DNA of 64,000 nt from Planctomycetales bacterium. GTDB lineage: Bacteria; Planctomycetota; Planctomycetia; Pirellulales; Lacipirellulaceae. This document shows, in pieces, positions 1 through 9,910 of the stretch. A model generated the notes under the pieces. It ran no database searches and had not been told where the DNA came from. It was given only the letters and a program-made list of their open reading frames with translations. The translations under genes were made by a program, and so were the position numbers. Each line of letters opens with the position of its first letter. Within the stretch, counting starts at the first letter, position 1. The DNA is taken from NCBI GenBank assembly GCA_020427145.1, contig JAGQOU010000338.1:1406-65405 (forward strand). The letters run 5' to 3'.

Positions 1-1
1 C

Positions 2-163
2 ACCACGCCGCCCAAGGCGACTGTCGTCCGAACCGCCGCGTCGCCGTCGCTTAGCAACGGCCTGCATACGACTCCGACCAGCCCGACCGGTTACGCTCAG
101 CCGCAATCGACGGGTCAGCCGCAGACGCCGCCGCCGTTCAAGCCGACCCAGCCGCGGTTCTAA
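2..163 (+). CDS. 3' end of a CDS entering from upstream of the window; Pro/Thr/Gln-rich low-complexity C-terminus
   Basis: Frame is open from the window edge to TAA at 161-163 (..TPTSPTGYAQPQSTGQPQTPPPFKPTQPRF*). An intrinsic terminator follows about 70 nt later. No domain recognisable. Confidence 0.35.
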   Translation, partial: TTPPKATVVRTAASPSLSNGLHTTPTSPTGYAQPQSTGQPQTPPPFKPTQPRF

Positions 164-232
164 AGCGATACGAATCGGCCGCTCGTGGCGGCCGCTCGTC
201 CCGACTCGGCGCTCGGCGCCCATTCAGCGAGA

Positions 233-264
233 GCCGCCCCCCGGTGGTCCGGGGGCGGCTTTTT
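233..264 (+). terminator. Rho-independent terminator
   Basis: GCCGCCCCCCGG-TGGT-CCGGGGGCGGC stem-loop (one bulged C) followed by TTTTT, downstream of the partial CDS. Confidence 0.7.
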
Positions 265-394
265 GCTGCGCCGATGGCGAACCCTGCTATCATTAGGCAC
301 TCTTTCTTTCTGATCTTGCCAGCGACGGTCGTGGACCGCGCCGACTCCTGCTGGGCCTGCCGAGGTCTGCGAACTCGACTCCGCCGAGAATCCG

Positions 395-1714
395 ATGCAC
401 GACCTGGTGTTTGCCGCCCTCTGCCTTGCCGTCACCGCGACGACTCCCTCTAGCTCGGGCGACTGGCCCCAGTTTCGCGGTCCCTCGGGCCAGGGGATGG
501 CCGAGTCCGCACCCATGGCGTGGTCCGAAGAGAGCGGCGTGCGTTGGAAAACGGCGCTGCCCGGGCGCGGCTGGTCGTCGCCAGTCGTGGCCGATCGCCA
601 GATCTGGGTGACGACGGCCACCGAACAGGAGCCGACCGCCGAACAGGTCGCCAAGGTCCGCGACAAATTCCACGGCACGCCCAACGCCAACTCGATGAAC
701 ACGGTCGCGTCGATCGACCTGTGGGCGATCCAACTCGACGCCGCCACGGGGGACATCGTCCGGGAAGTCAAATTGTTCCACATCGACGACCCCGACCCGA
801 TCCACGGCCTCAACAGCTACGCCTCGCCGTCGCCGGTGCTGGCCGACGGGCGTTGCTATTGCCACTTTGGCAGCTTCGGCACGGCTTGCGTCGACTGCAC
901 CAGCGGTGAGGTCGTGTGGCGCAATGCTCTTTCGCTGGAACACATGGTCGGCCCCGGCAGCTCGCCGGTCGTACATGACGATCTGCTGATCATTCCGTGC
1001 GACGGCTGCGATCGTCAATTCGTCGCAGCGCTGCATCTGGCGACAGGCAAGACGGCCTGGAAAACGCCGCGGCCGCCCATTCGCAAAGAAGACGGCGATC
1101 TGCGCAAGGCGTTTTGCACGCCCCTGGTGATCGAAGTCGACGGCGTCGAGCAGGCGGTGATTCCCGGCGCCCAGTGGTTCATCGCCTACGATCCGCACAC
1201 CGGTAAGGAACTGTGGCGAGTGGATCACGGGTCGGGCTTCTCAAACGTGCCGCGGCCGGTATTCGACGGACAGAACGTCTTCCTCTGCACGGGCTTCGGC
1301 CCCACGGAGTTGTGGGCGGTGGATCCGCGCGGCCGGGGCGACGTCAGCGCGACGCACGTCGCGTGGAAGGCGACCGGCAAACGGATTCCCACGCAGCCCT
1401 CGCCCGCACTGGTCGACGGCCGACTGTATCTGGTCAACGACACCGGCGTGGCCAGCTGCTACGACGCGACCTCCGGCGAGTTGGTGTGGATCAAACGCGT
1501 CTCGGGCAACTTTTCGGCGTCGCCGCTCGCTGCTGACGGACGCGTCTACTTCTGCAATCGCGAGGGCATCACAACCATCGTCGAAGCCGGCGACAAATAC
1601 GTCGAACTCGCGAAGAACCGCCTCGACGGTTCCATCATGGCGTCGCCGGCCGCGACCGACGGCGACCTGCTGCTGCGCACCGATACGCATCTGTATCGGA
1701 TCAACGGCGAATAG
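395..1714 (+). CDS. PQQ-like (BamB-type) beta-propeller repeat protein, secreted
   Basis: 439 aa with a short N-terminal hydrophobic leader. Contains DWPQFRGP and repeated W..........SSPVV.D..I / DG.LY.....G blades typical of PQQ-enzyme-repeat propellers. Confidence 0.8.
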   Translation: MHDLVFAALCLAVTATTPSSSGDWPQFRGPSGQGMAESAPMAWSEESGVRWKTALPGRGWSSPVVADRQIWVTTATEQEPTAEQVAKVRDKFHGTPNANSMNTVASIDLWAIQLDAATGDIVREVKLFHIDDPDPIHGLNSYASPSPVLADGRCYCHFGSFGTACVDCTSGEVVWRNALSLEHMVGPGSSPVVHDDLLIIPCDGCDRQFVAALHLATGKTAWKTPRPPIRKEDGDLRKAFCTPLVIEVDGVEQAVIPGAQWFIAYDPHTGKELWRVDHGSGFSNVPRPVFDGQNVFLCTGFGPTELWAVDPRGRGDVSATHVAWKATGKRIPTQPSPALVDGRLYLVNDTGVASCYDATSGELVWIKRVSGNFSASPLAADGRVYFCNREGITTIVEAGDKYVELAKNRLDGSIMASPAATDGDLLLRTDTHLYRINGE

Positions 1715-2009
1715 ATGCGCCGCCGCGGCGGCCGTGCTGCCAAGGTTCGAGACCTGGGCGACCACTTCACGCAGCCGGAGCCGCCCGCCGCCGGCCGCGG
1801 AAGCCCTGCGTCAGAACCGGCACTGCGGGAATGACCGGAATCTTCGCGCCGGCACTCCGCGGGCGGCGAGCTCCGCTCGCTCGTCGTTCGTTGCTGGAAC
1901 GCAGGGCGGGATTTATGATGGGGGTTCTTATACGTGCGCCGTCGCGGGTTTAAAGGACCTCGGCTAGCTGACGCACGCCGAACGATTCTTCTCACCCCCG
2001 CGATCGACC

Positions 2010-2993
2010 ATGTCCGAAACCGCGCCCTGGATTACTTACCGCCCCGAACTGAAGGTCCTCGATTGCACGATCCGCGACGGCGGGTTGATCAACAATCATC
2101 AGTTTACCGACGAGATCGTGCGGGCCACCTACGAGGCGTGCGTGGCGGCGGGCATCGACGCCATGGAGGTGGGATACAAAAACTCTCCCAAACAGTTTCC
2201 CAAAGACGAATACGGTCCCTGGCGTCATTGCGACGAGGCCGACCTGAACCGAGTGTTCGCCGGACACGACGCCAAGGCGACCGGCCTCAAGCTGTGCGCG
2301 ATGGCCGACGCGGGCAAGAGCGACTATCGCACGCAGGTCGTGCCGCGCGACGAGAGCGTGCTCGACATGATCCGGGTCGCGTTCTACGCGCACCAGGTAT
2401 CCGAGGCGGTCGAGATGATCGCGCACTTCACGGAATTGGGCTACGAAACGACCGCCAATTTGATGGCCGTCTCCAGCATCAAGGACGTTGAAATCGACAC
2501 CGTGCTGACGGCGATCGCCCCTACGGCCGCCGGCACGATGGTGATCGTCGACAGCTTCGGCCATCTCTACCGCGAACAAATCGACCGGCTGTACAAGAAG
2601 TACGCTAAGGCGATGGAGGGCACCGGCAAGGAAGTCGGCATCCACGCGCACAACAACATGCAACTGGCGTTCGCCAACACGATCGAAGCGATCATTCTCG
2701 GCTCGAACCGCGTCGACGCGACAATGGCCGGCTTGGGACGCGGGGCGGGCAACTGCCCGATGGAGCTGCTGTTGGGCTTCTTGCGGAACCCGAAGTTCCG
2801 GTTGCGGCCGGTGATCGAGCTGCTGCAGAACCACATTTTCCCGCTGCGCGCCACGGTCGATTGGGGGCCCACCGTCCCGTACAACATCACCGGTCAATTG
2901 AACTTGCACCCGCGCGCAGCGATGCAGTTCCGCGCCAGTGAGAACCCGGACGAGATTCTGGAATTCTACGACGAGATTATCAGCGAAGACTGA
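2010..2993 (+). CDS. DRE-TIM metallolyase / HMGL-like (pyruvate carboxyltransferase-domain) aldolase
   Basis: 327 aa. N-terminal LDCTIRDGG signature of the HMGL-like family. TIM-barrel-like alternation with HAHNN metal-ligand motif (GIHAHNNMQLAFAN). Confidence 0.8.
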   Translation: MSETAPWITYRPELKVLDCTIRDGGLINNHQFTDEIVRATYEACVAAGIDAMEVGYKNSPKQFPKDEYGPWRHCDEADLNRVFAGHDAKATGLKLCAMADAGKSDYRTQVVPRDESVLDMIRVAFYAHQVSEAVEMIAHFTELGYETTANLMAVSSIKDVEIDTVLTAIAPTAAGTMVIVDSFGHLYREQIDRLYKKYAKAMEGTGKEVGIHAHNNMQLAFANTIEAIILGSNRVDATMAGLGRGAGNCPMELLLGFLRNPKFRLRPVIELLQNHIFPLRATVDWGPTVPYNITGQLNLHPRAAMQFRASENPDEILEFYDEIISED

Positions 2994-3067
2994 GCCGGCG
3001 CGATGAAGCACACAAGAAATCCACGCGAATCGTGAGCGCCCCAGTTTGCTGCGCCACGCCGACGCCG

Positions 3068-4204
3068 CTAGAGTGCGATCGCCGGGGCGCCGCCGTCGTC
3101 GCGATGGCCCAGCTGCCGGAACGTCTCGGCGTCGACGTCGAAGCTGACCATCTCCACGGAGCCGTCGCACTTGGATATCAGGCAGCCGGCAAGATGGGCG
3201 CTGCCGAACAGTTCTCGCGGGCCGATCTCGTCGATCGAGTTCTCGTAGAGGTCTGACACGTCAGCGGCGTCCGCCCGCGGCACGTGGGTGGGCGTCGTGC
3301 CGTCGAAATACGTCGAGCGCACCAGGTCGTCCTGAAAGCCGGTGTACATCGACCAATCGTCGGCCAACCAATGCTGCTCGACCGCGTAGGTCGAAGGGGG
3401 CGTCCAGCGTTCGCCCAGGCAGAGCGTGTTGGACAACCCGTCGGCGACTTGCCGCACCTGCACGGCATTGCCGCAATACGTGATGCCGTTGAAGTCCGAA
3501 CTGGCCGGCGGAAACACGCCCGTGGGATCCGGTTCGTACGACCGCGGACAGATCGCCTGACAATGCTGGTCGAACCCGGTCTGATCGCCGACGCTGATTG
3601 CGTAGTCGCCATGGGCGCGGTCGTCGGCGTCGTAGTTGTCGGCCCCCCCGGTTCCATCGCCCGAGCGTGGCCGAAACGCGGGCGAATTGGCCGTGACTTC
3701 GTTGGCATAGGGCCCGCCCGCACGGCGCGACGGGCAGTTCATCAGCGGCAGCGGCGTCGCGTCCCGCTGCCGGAGCAAGCGAAAGCGTTCGGCGCCTGTC
3801 GTCCCGGTTCCCGCATCGTGCAGCAGCTGTTGCTCGATGAACGGCAAGGTGGCGTACAACCACCCGCCCGGCTGCTCGGCGTCCGATCCTCGATCCGGGT
3901 CGCCGGTCCACGAGCCGTACCATCCCGAGGAAGGGAGTCGGCGGTTGGTCGACTCGAAGTGCAACACGCCGAGGGTCAGGTTCATGAGGTTGTTGGTGCA
4001 TTGAATCCGCCGCGCCGCTTCGCGGGCCGCCTGCACGGCCGGCAGCAATAGGGCGACCAACACGCCGACGATGGCAATCACGACCAGCAATTCGACAAGC
4101 GTGAAACCGCGTCGCTGCCCGGGGCGAGCGGGGCAGAGAATTCGACAGAGACTCGAAGGCAGCGGCTGAGACATCGCACTTCCAAGGGGGCGGCAACCAG
4201 TCAC
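3068..4204 (-). CDS. DUF1559 protein with type IV pilin-like N-terminus and C-terminal H-X9-DG motif
   Basis: [41 protein letters not shown] prepilin cleavage/methylation helix. C-terminal [16 protein letters not shown] (H-X9-DG). Alternative start is the ATG at 4174. Confidence 0.9.
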   Translation of the reverse strand: MTGCRPLGSAMSQPLPSSLCRILCPARPGQRRGFTLVELLVVIAIVGVLVALLLPAVQAAREAARRIQCTNNLMNLTLGVLHFESTNRRLPSSGWYGSWTGDPDRGSDAEQPGGWLYATLPFIEQQLLHDAGTGTTGAERFRLLRQRDATPLPLMNCPSRRAGGPYANEVTANSPAFRPRSGDGTGGADNYDADDRAHGDYAISVGDQTGFDQHCQAICPRSYEPDPTGVFPPASSDFNGITYCGNAVQVRQVADGLSNTLCLGERWTPPSTYAVEQHWLADDWSMYTGFQDDLVRSTYFDGTTPTHVPRADAADVSDLYENSIDEIGPRELFGSAHLAGCLISKCDGSVEMVSFDVDAETFRQLGHRDDGGAPAIAL

Positions 4205-4451
4205 CCGACAAATTGCGATCGCAGTCGCTTCGCGCTCACGACTTAGCGCTCATGCGTCCCAAGCCGCAGCACGGCCGGTCGATTCAATTTGGCGAGTTCG
4301 CAACGTCAGCTCCAGTTATATCGCGATAACTCAACCCGCTCCATGGGGCGGAGATCACGATCGTCCCCACTCGGGGGAAACAATATTCCCAGTTCGAGGG
4401 CGTCCGGCGACCTGTCAGTGACGATCCGGGCGCCTTGCGACGTGATGCCAA

Positions 4452-5816
4452 TCACTTCCCGCCGCTGGCTTTGTGGCCCAGATCAAGACACAGCAACTCT
4501 CGCTCGTTGCGTAGATAAAGCCGCCCGTCGGCGAGTGCGGGGGCAGTGTAGCAGGGGGCGTCCAACAGCGGCTCGGGCGTCATGCATTCGAGTTCAGGCT
4601 CTTGGGGATTGATCTTCATCGAGGCCAAATGCCCCTGTTCTCCCCACAGGATGAAATGCGTGGGGGTGCGAATCGAAGAGCCTCGCGACAAATCCGAAGG
4701 AAATTGCCACTGCCGTTTGCCGGTGGCAAGTTCCTGGCAACAGAACGTGGCGCCACGGTTCCACTTTGAGGTGTAACCGTAGACGAAGCCCTCGTGGTGC
4801 GAGAGGTTGTTGAACTGGCTGTCGATGCCGCGGCGATCGCCCCACAGCTCTTCAAAGGTGCGATCGGGTTTAATTCGCAGGCATTTGCACCCAGGGCCAG
4901 GTCCCATCGCCAGGAACACGCGATCGCCAATCACAAGGGGCGAAGTCGCATTGAACGAATCGGGCGCCTTGGGGGCGAACGGGAATTCCCAGAATACTGT
5001 GCCATCTTGGGGACCAAGCGCAACGAGCCCTTCCTGCGTCAATACAAACACATAGCGCTGAGCGTGAATCGTCGCGGCCTTCGGCATGCAATAGCCAAAC
5101 CGGTGGTTCGTGGCGCGCCATACCTCTTCGCCCGATTCCTTGTCAAACGCGACGATGCCGGAGTCCGGTTCCGAACCGCCGACGTTGTAGATGAACAGAT
5201 CGCCTTCCAGACATGCGGCGGGACCAACGCCAAACAGCGTTTTCTTAATTGCATACTCGGCGCGTAGGTCGCGCTGCCAGATCAACTCGCCCGTGTCGAG
5301 CGCCAGACAATGGAGTTTGCCTTCGGCTCCCACGGTCCACACGCGATTGCCTTCGATCGTTGGCGTGGCGTAGGTGCCGTGACTGTATTCATAGAGGCAC
5401 CTAAACGCCGTCGGATAGCGGTACTCCCAAAGCGGCTCGCCGCTGGCGGCATCCAGGCACGAGACCGCTTCCTCGTCATCCAAGCGGTGAAAGAGAATCA
5501 GCCGTCCGTCGGAAATAACCGGCACGCTATATCCTGTGCCTATGGCCCTGCGCCACAACACGACGGGCCCCTCATCGGGCCACCTGGTCAGCAAGTTTGA
5601 TTCGTTTGTGCTGCTGTCGCAGTGCGGTCCGAACATGGTCGGCCAGCCGAGCAGCTCGCCCGGCGAATCACTTAGCGAAGCGTTCGACGGCAGCGCCGCT
5701 GAACCAACATGGGATCGGACCGGACTCGCCTCGTTACTGCAGCCAAGCATCAACGACAAGATCCCGGCAACTGCCAAACGTCTTGCAAAGAACTGAAATC
5801 GGTCGACTGCGAGCAC
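4452..5816 (-). CDS. PQQ-like beta-propeller repeat lipoprotein
   Basis: The 762-aa ORF in the track runs upstream into the lyase gene; its Arg-rich N-terminal part is not coding-like. An in-frame GTG at 5816 gives VLAVDRFQFFARRLAVAGILSLMLG|C (lipobox). The ATG at 5750 is the alternative start. The body has PQQ-repeat blades (DG.L......G.L.CLD..TGE..W). Confidence 0.75.
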   Translation of the reverse strand: MLAVDRFQFFARRLAVAGILSLMLGCSNEASPVRSHVGSAALPSNASLSDSPGELLGWPTMFGPHCDSSTNESNLLTRWPDEGPVVLWRRAIGTGYSVPVISDGRLILFHRLDDEEAVSCLDAASGEPLWEYRYPTAFRCLYEYSHGTYATPTIEGNRVWTVGAEGKLHCLALDTGELIWQRDLRAEYAIKKTLFGVGPAACLEGDLFIYNVGGSEPDSGIVAFDKESGEEVWRATNHRFGYCMPKAATIHAQRYVFVLTQEGLVALGPQDGTVFWEFPFAPKAPDSFNATSPLVIGDRVFLAMGPGPGCKCLRIKPDRTFEELWGDRRGIDSQFNNLSHHEGFVYGYTSKWNRGATFCCQELATGKRQWQFPSDLSRGSSIRTPTHFILWGEQGHLASMKINPQEPELECMTPEPLLDAPCYTAPALADGRLYLRNERELLCLDLGHKASGGK

Positions 5817-5971
5817 GCGAATTCTCCGCGATAAGTTCTTCTGCGGCTGAGACCGCAGATTCTCGCCCCCGATGGTGAAGAAATGATTAACGACGTCAAA
5901 GTGCAGTACCTTGCCCTGTTGTGTCGTGCGGACGTACGCGATGCGCAAAGCCGCCGGCAGCGCCGTGGCGT

Positions 5972-8098
5972 TCAGCGGAACCGAGCGAATGGCGTCACCA
6001 CAAAAATTGCAGCCAGCACCAGAGACGTCGGCTCTGGCACGCCCGCGGCGAGCGTTCCGTCGCTGGTTGCGCCGAAATTGGCCGACCAATACGCGAAGTC
6101 CTGTTGGGAAACTGTCCCCGGCAACTGGGTTCGCTGCCACGCCAGAAAATCGGCACCGTCGACCAGGTCGTCCGCATTGAAGTCGCCCAGCAACGCGTCG
6201 ATTTCCAACCGCAGCGCGTCGTACACGATTCCCTGGTTGACGCTGCTGCCGGGACTGGCGTGGGAGAGCGTAAGCGTATTGGCGCCGGGCACGAGCATGC
6301 TGCTGTTGATGGGGATCTCGATAAACGAATAGGGGCCCTGCGCCCCGCTGCGACTGAGGACGCTGCCGCTGTTGGGGATATCCCAGTTTGATTTGACGGT
6401 CGCCCCGTTGAGTTTCACGCGGAGGTTGGCATCCTGTTGACCGGCCACCGCAATGGTGAGCGTCATCACCCGCCCCGCGGGAACCGTGCCGACGTCGAAC
6501 TGGACGTCCCATTCGGGCGAGTGTCCGTCGGGGGCGCGCTCCCAATGGGCGAAGTTCCAGTCCTGGGCCTCTTCGCTCTGCCCGATCACGAAGTTCACGT
6601 CGTTGGGAAAGTCGCCAGCGTACTTGTCCCACATGCCGTACTGGCGGTAGTCGTTGTCGGCGCCGTGGCGAAATTCCTCCCCCGAGCGGTCGAACACGCC
6701 GATCTGCCACAAATAGGCTCCGTGATCGGCCACCTGCCAATCGACGACGCCCAGATCGAGCGCGGCTCCGCCCTCAACCTGCAGATCGTCGAGGTGCATT
6801 TCGCCCGCGGCGTCGTTGCCGTACGCGGTCAGGCGATAGCTGCCGGGGCGCACATTCGGCAACTCGAACGTGCCGTCTGCGGCGACGGTGGTCCAGTATT
6901 GGTAGCCTTGCTTGGAGAACTGAAACTCCGTGCGATTGTCGGCCAAAACGATTTTGGCGCCGGCGACGGCGTCGAGCCCCGCGACGTGCAGCGTGCCGAG
7001 CACCTGCCCGCGGTCGGGAGTCTCGATCCAACCGGGTGCGCCCAGCGAATCGTAGAACGCGCGATGGTAGTCGGGGTCGAAATAAGTCGCGGCGTCGGCG
7101 GCAAGCTGCGAGCCGTTTCCCTCCGAGTTCAAGTGCACGTATAGGGGGCCGAGTGCGCGGTCGTAATCGCCCACGGTTTCCACCGAACCGGGCGTGCTGA
7201 AGTGCTGGCCGACGAGCATGCCCAACAGCACGGGCGTCGTCGTCGTCTGATGCACGGTGAGTTCCTGCTTGGTCGGACCGCCGAGGAGCGTCTCGCGATT
7301 GGGTTGCACGATCCAGGCGCCGTAATCGTGACCGTAGTACCCATAGACGCCCAGCTCGTCGTACTCGGCCGCCCAATCGTACTTGGTGTAAACGTTCTTG
7401 CCGGTCTCCGCCTCATACGCGGTGCCGGGCTGCAGCAGGTCGGTGGCATCCTGTAGCGTTGCGATTTTGTTCACCAGATCGGCCGGAGTCGGCATGATGG
7501 ACTGGCGATCCTCGGCGACATAGTGATGGTCGAAAAGGCTCGGGTCGGCCCGCAGCACGAATCGCATTTCCTCGATCCGCTTGTCGGCCATGGCGGCAGC
7601 GTGATGGACGTCGGCGTAGACGTGAAAACCGCTTTCGCCGTCGCGCAGCACGTAGTGCTGGGTGACGTCCATGGGCATCGACGAGGAGGCCGGATAGTGC
7701 AGGACGACGTCGACGAAGTCGGCGCCGAGCGTGTAGCTGCTGGTCGTCCCGCTGGATCCCATCTGCCAGTAGGTTGAGCCGCTGACGCCAATGTCGCCGA
7801 CGTTGGCAGAAAAATAGCCGCGCGTTCCCCCTTCACTCATGAGGGATTGCGTACCGAGGGTGAGCCCGGTCATCAGGCCGTTGGTCTTGCCAACCGCAAA
7901 GGAGACAAGGCCGTTGTCGACGTTGATCGCGTTTGCGGACTCAGTCACCGTGGGAGCTGCGAAACCCGCCGCGGCGCGCAGCAGCGCCAGCGACACAACA
8001 ACCGCGGCGAGGATCACAGCGCGAAAGGGATCGCTGCGCGAGCGTCGCGCGCAGGTGGAGCAAGACAGCAACTCTCTCATGGCGAATGCCGTCAACAC
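5972..8098 (-). CDS. Polysaccharide lyase family 4-like rhamnogalacturonan lyase with dockerin-like + PEP-CTERM tail
   Basis: 708 aa with a signal peptide. VDNGLVSFAV..., YVLRDGESGFHVY, GAWIVQPNRETLLGGPTKQELTVHQ and ALGPLYVHLNS match my recollection of the RGL4 N-terminal/fn3/CBM-like architecture. The last 71 aa (5975-6187) read GDFNADDLVDGADFLAWQR...FAYWSANFG...VPEPTSLVLAAIFVV. Confidence 0.8.
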   Translation of the reverse strand: MLTAFAMRELLSCSTCARRSRSDPFRAVILAAVVVSLALLRAAAGFAAPTVTESANAINVDNGLVSFAVGKTNGLMTGLTLGTQSLMSEGGTRGYFSANVGDIGVSGSTYWQMGSSGTTSSYTLGADFVDVVLHYPASSSMPMDVTQHYVLRDGESGFHVYADVHHAAAMADKRIEEMRFVLRADPSLFDHHYVAEDRQSIMPTPADLVNKIATLQDATDLLQPGTAYEAETGKNVYTKYDWAAEYDELGVYGYYGHDYGAWIVQPNRETLLGGPTKQELTVHQTTTTPVLLGMLVGQHFSTPGSVETVGDYDRALGPLYVHLNSEGNGSQLAADAATYFDPDYHRAFYDSLGAPGWIETPDRGQVLGTLHVAGLDAVAGAKIVLADNRTEFQFSKQGYQYWTTVAADGTFELPNVRPGSYRLTAYGNDAAGEMHLDDLQVEGGAALDLGVVDWQVADHGAYLWQIGVFDRSGEEFRHGADNDYRQYGMWDKYAGDFPNDVNFVIGQSEEAQDWNFAHWERAPDGHSPEWDVQFDVGTVPAGRVMTLTIAVAGQQDANLRVKLNGATVKSNWDIPNSGSVLSRSGAQGPYSFIEIPINSSMLVPGANTLTLSHASPGSSVNQGIVYDALRLEIDALLGDFNADDLVDGADFLAWQRTQLPGTVSQQDFAYWSANFGATSDGTLAAGVPEPTSLVLAAIFVVTPFARFR

Positions 8099-8649
8099 GG
8101 AGACAAGAAGAATCGATCGATCGCGCTGCTAGTATACGCGGCGATTAGATTTGATGCACCGACGGCGGCGCCCGATTCGCCCGACCGCGTACCATCGGCG
8201 CAGCGGACGCATGCGATGCCCCTCGACCGCTGCAATTGCGCATCGGCCGCGGGGCTCGCCTTGGCGCCGCGTTCTTGGCAGGCCGCAGGCAGGCTCTCAC
8301 GGCGCATCGCCCGCCTGGCGAGGGCGGCGGCAGGTAGCGAAAATTCTTTGCGGAAAGTTGAATTTTGCTGCCTGAATGGGTATTCCAAATCGACTTTTCG
8401 CTTATTCGGAAATTCGGTCGTCGATCGCCGTCACGGGCGACATTTCAGCGCGTGACTTTTTCGGCGAGAAAGGCGTCCAAACGCTGGTTTTCGGGGGGCC
8501 ACGCATCTAGAGTGAACGAAGCTGAATGACCGCGAGCAGGAAGTCACACCCTTCAAGTTGTGCCATTGCAGCCGCCCCGCTTACTCGTTGCGGGGCGGGT
8601 CTTCAGCGCTCACGTCTACTTCTCTTATCTTGATTCTGGGAGACGCTCC

Positions 8650-9780
8650 ATGAAGGCAACCTTAGTTGCGCTGGTGCTTGCCGCGCTGGCACTCGTCGTT
8701 TGGGGGGACGCCGCCCGCGGCGCAGGCCTCTTAGCGCCCGGCGACGCGATTATCGCCATCGACCTCGATCCCATCATCTCCGAAAGCGGATATCCAGGCG
8801 GCGAGGCGCCTCAGTTTGCCGTCGATGGAACGCTGGCCAAGTATTTGAACTTCAAGGGTTTCAACGTCGGCTTCATTGTCACGCCGAATCTCGGCGCCGC
8901 GTCGATAGCCGAGGCGCTGCGACTGACCACGGCTAACGATGCTGAAGACCGCGACCCCGCATCGTATGAGATTTGGGGCACCAACGACGCCATCGTCAGC
9001 GCCGACAACAGCACGGGGCTGGGCGAAAACTGGACGCTGCTCTCCTCCGGCGGGCTCTCCCTGCCCGCAGCCCGGGATACCGTCGACGCGCTGATCCCGT
9101 TTGCGAATACCGATTTGTACACATCGTACAAATTCATCTTTCCAACCAACAAAGGCTCGAATCTCTTTCAGATCGCCGAGGTGGAATTATTTGGCGACGT
9201 TCCCTCGCTCGCCATGTCCGACGTCGATCTGCTGAATGCCGGCGATTCGGTACTGGCTGTTCAATACGGCCCGGACAGCCGTTTCCCCAGCGGGGAGAAT
9301 CCCGGCAATCTGCTCGATGGAAATGTCGATACGAAGTATCTGAACTTCGGCGCCGCGAACTCCGGCTTTATCGTGACGCCAGCCGGCGGCCCGAGCGTAG
9401 TAACGAATTTCCGCATCTCCACGGCCAACGACTTTGATAACCGCGATCCCACGTCTTATGAAATCTACGGCACAAACGACGTGGTCTTGAGCCAGGAGAA
9501 TAGTAGGAGCGATGGCGGCGAGAATTGGACGCTGATTACGGCCGGTTCAATCGCGTTGCCGACCGATCGCAAAGTGGATGGTCCGCTCGTGGAATTCGCC
9601 AACACCGACGCATACGCCTCGTACCGCGTCGTGTTCCCGACACTGGGCTTGGATCCCAACTCGATGCAGATTTCGGAGTTCCAGTTCAATTGGGTCCCCG
9701 AGCCGTCGTCGGTGGCGTTGGGCTTGTTTGCTGTTGCGGCCTGTGGTTGCGCCTCACGGCGGCGGTTGGTGCGCGGCTAG
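8650..9780 (+). CDS. Secreted protein with two discoidin-like (F5/8 type C-like) modules and a PEP-CTERM anchor
   Basis: The start is taken at the ATG at 8650 (MKATLVALVLAALALVVWGDAARGAG signal peptide), not at the ORF-track start 8560. Modules lie at about 8728-9195 and 9226-9690 (KYLNFG..NSGFIVTP...TTAND..DRDP.SYEI.GTND...ENWTL...Y.SY...FPT). The tail is VPEPSSVALGLFAVAACGCASRRR. Confidence 0.85.
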   Translation: MKATLVALVLAALALVVWGDAARGAGLLAPGDAIIAIDLDPIISESGYPGGEAPQFAVDGTLAKYLNFKGFNVGFIVTPNLGAASIAEALRLTTANDAEDRDPASYEIWGTNDAIVSADNSTGLGENWTLLSSGGLSLPAARDTVDALIPFANTDLYTSYKFIFPTNKGSNLFQIAEVELFGDVPSLAMSDVDLLNAGDSVLAVQYGPDSRFPSGENPGNLLDGNVDTKYLNFGAANSGFIVTPAGGPSVVTNFRISTANDFDNRDPTSYEIYGTNDVVLSQENSRSDGGENWTLITAGSIALPTDRKVDGPLVEFANTDAYASYRVVFPTLGLDPNSMQISEFQFNWVPEPSSVALGLFAVAACGCASRRRLVRG

Positions 9781-9840
9781 CGGCGACGGCTCGCCATCGC
9801 GGCGAGACTGTTGAACGCGAGAGGGAATGACCAACTTACG

Positions 9841-9878
9841 AAAAGAGCCCCGGCTGCAATGGCCGGGGCTCTTTTTTT
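9841..9878. terminator. Bidirectional intrinsic terminator between convergent genes
   Basis: AAAA-GAGCCCCGGC-tgcaatg-GCCGGGGCTC-TTTTTTT: a 10-bp GC stem flanked by an A-run and a T-run. It lies between the stops at 9780 (+) and 9911 (-). Confidence 0.75.
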
Positions 9879-9910
9879 GTCGCTCGAATTGCGGTGACTT
9901 CCGCGCCGCG

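Noticed and set aside
1992-3170. 392-aa ORF on the minus strand covering the aldolase gene
   Set aside because: It is antisense to a CDS with clear family motifs. Its translation is Arg/Gly/Asp/His-rich with no domain logic. This is the typical stop-codon-poor shadow frame of a high-GC gene.
5817-6740. N-terminal 308 aa of the 762-aa ORF 4452-6740
   Set aside because: This part overlaps the 3' end of the PL4 lyase gene in another frame and is extremely Arg-rich. A lipoprotein signal peptide begins at the in-frame GTG at 5816, so the gene was truncated to 4452-5816.
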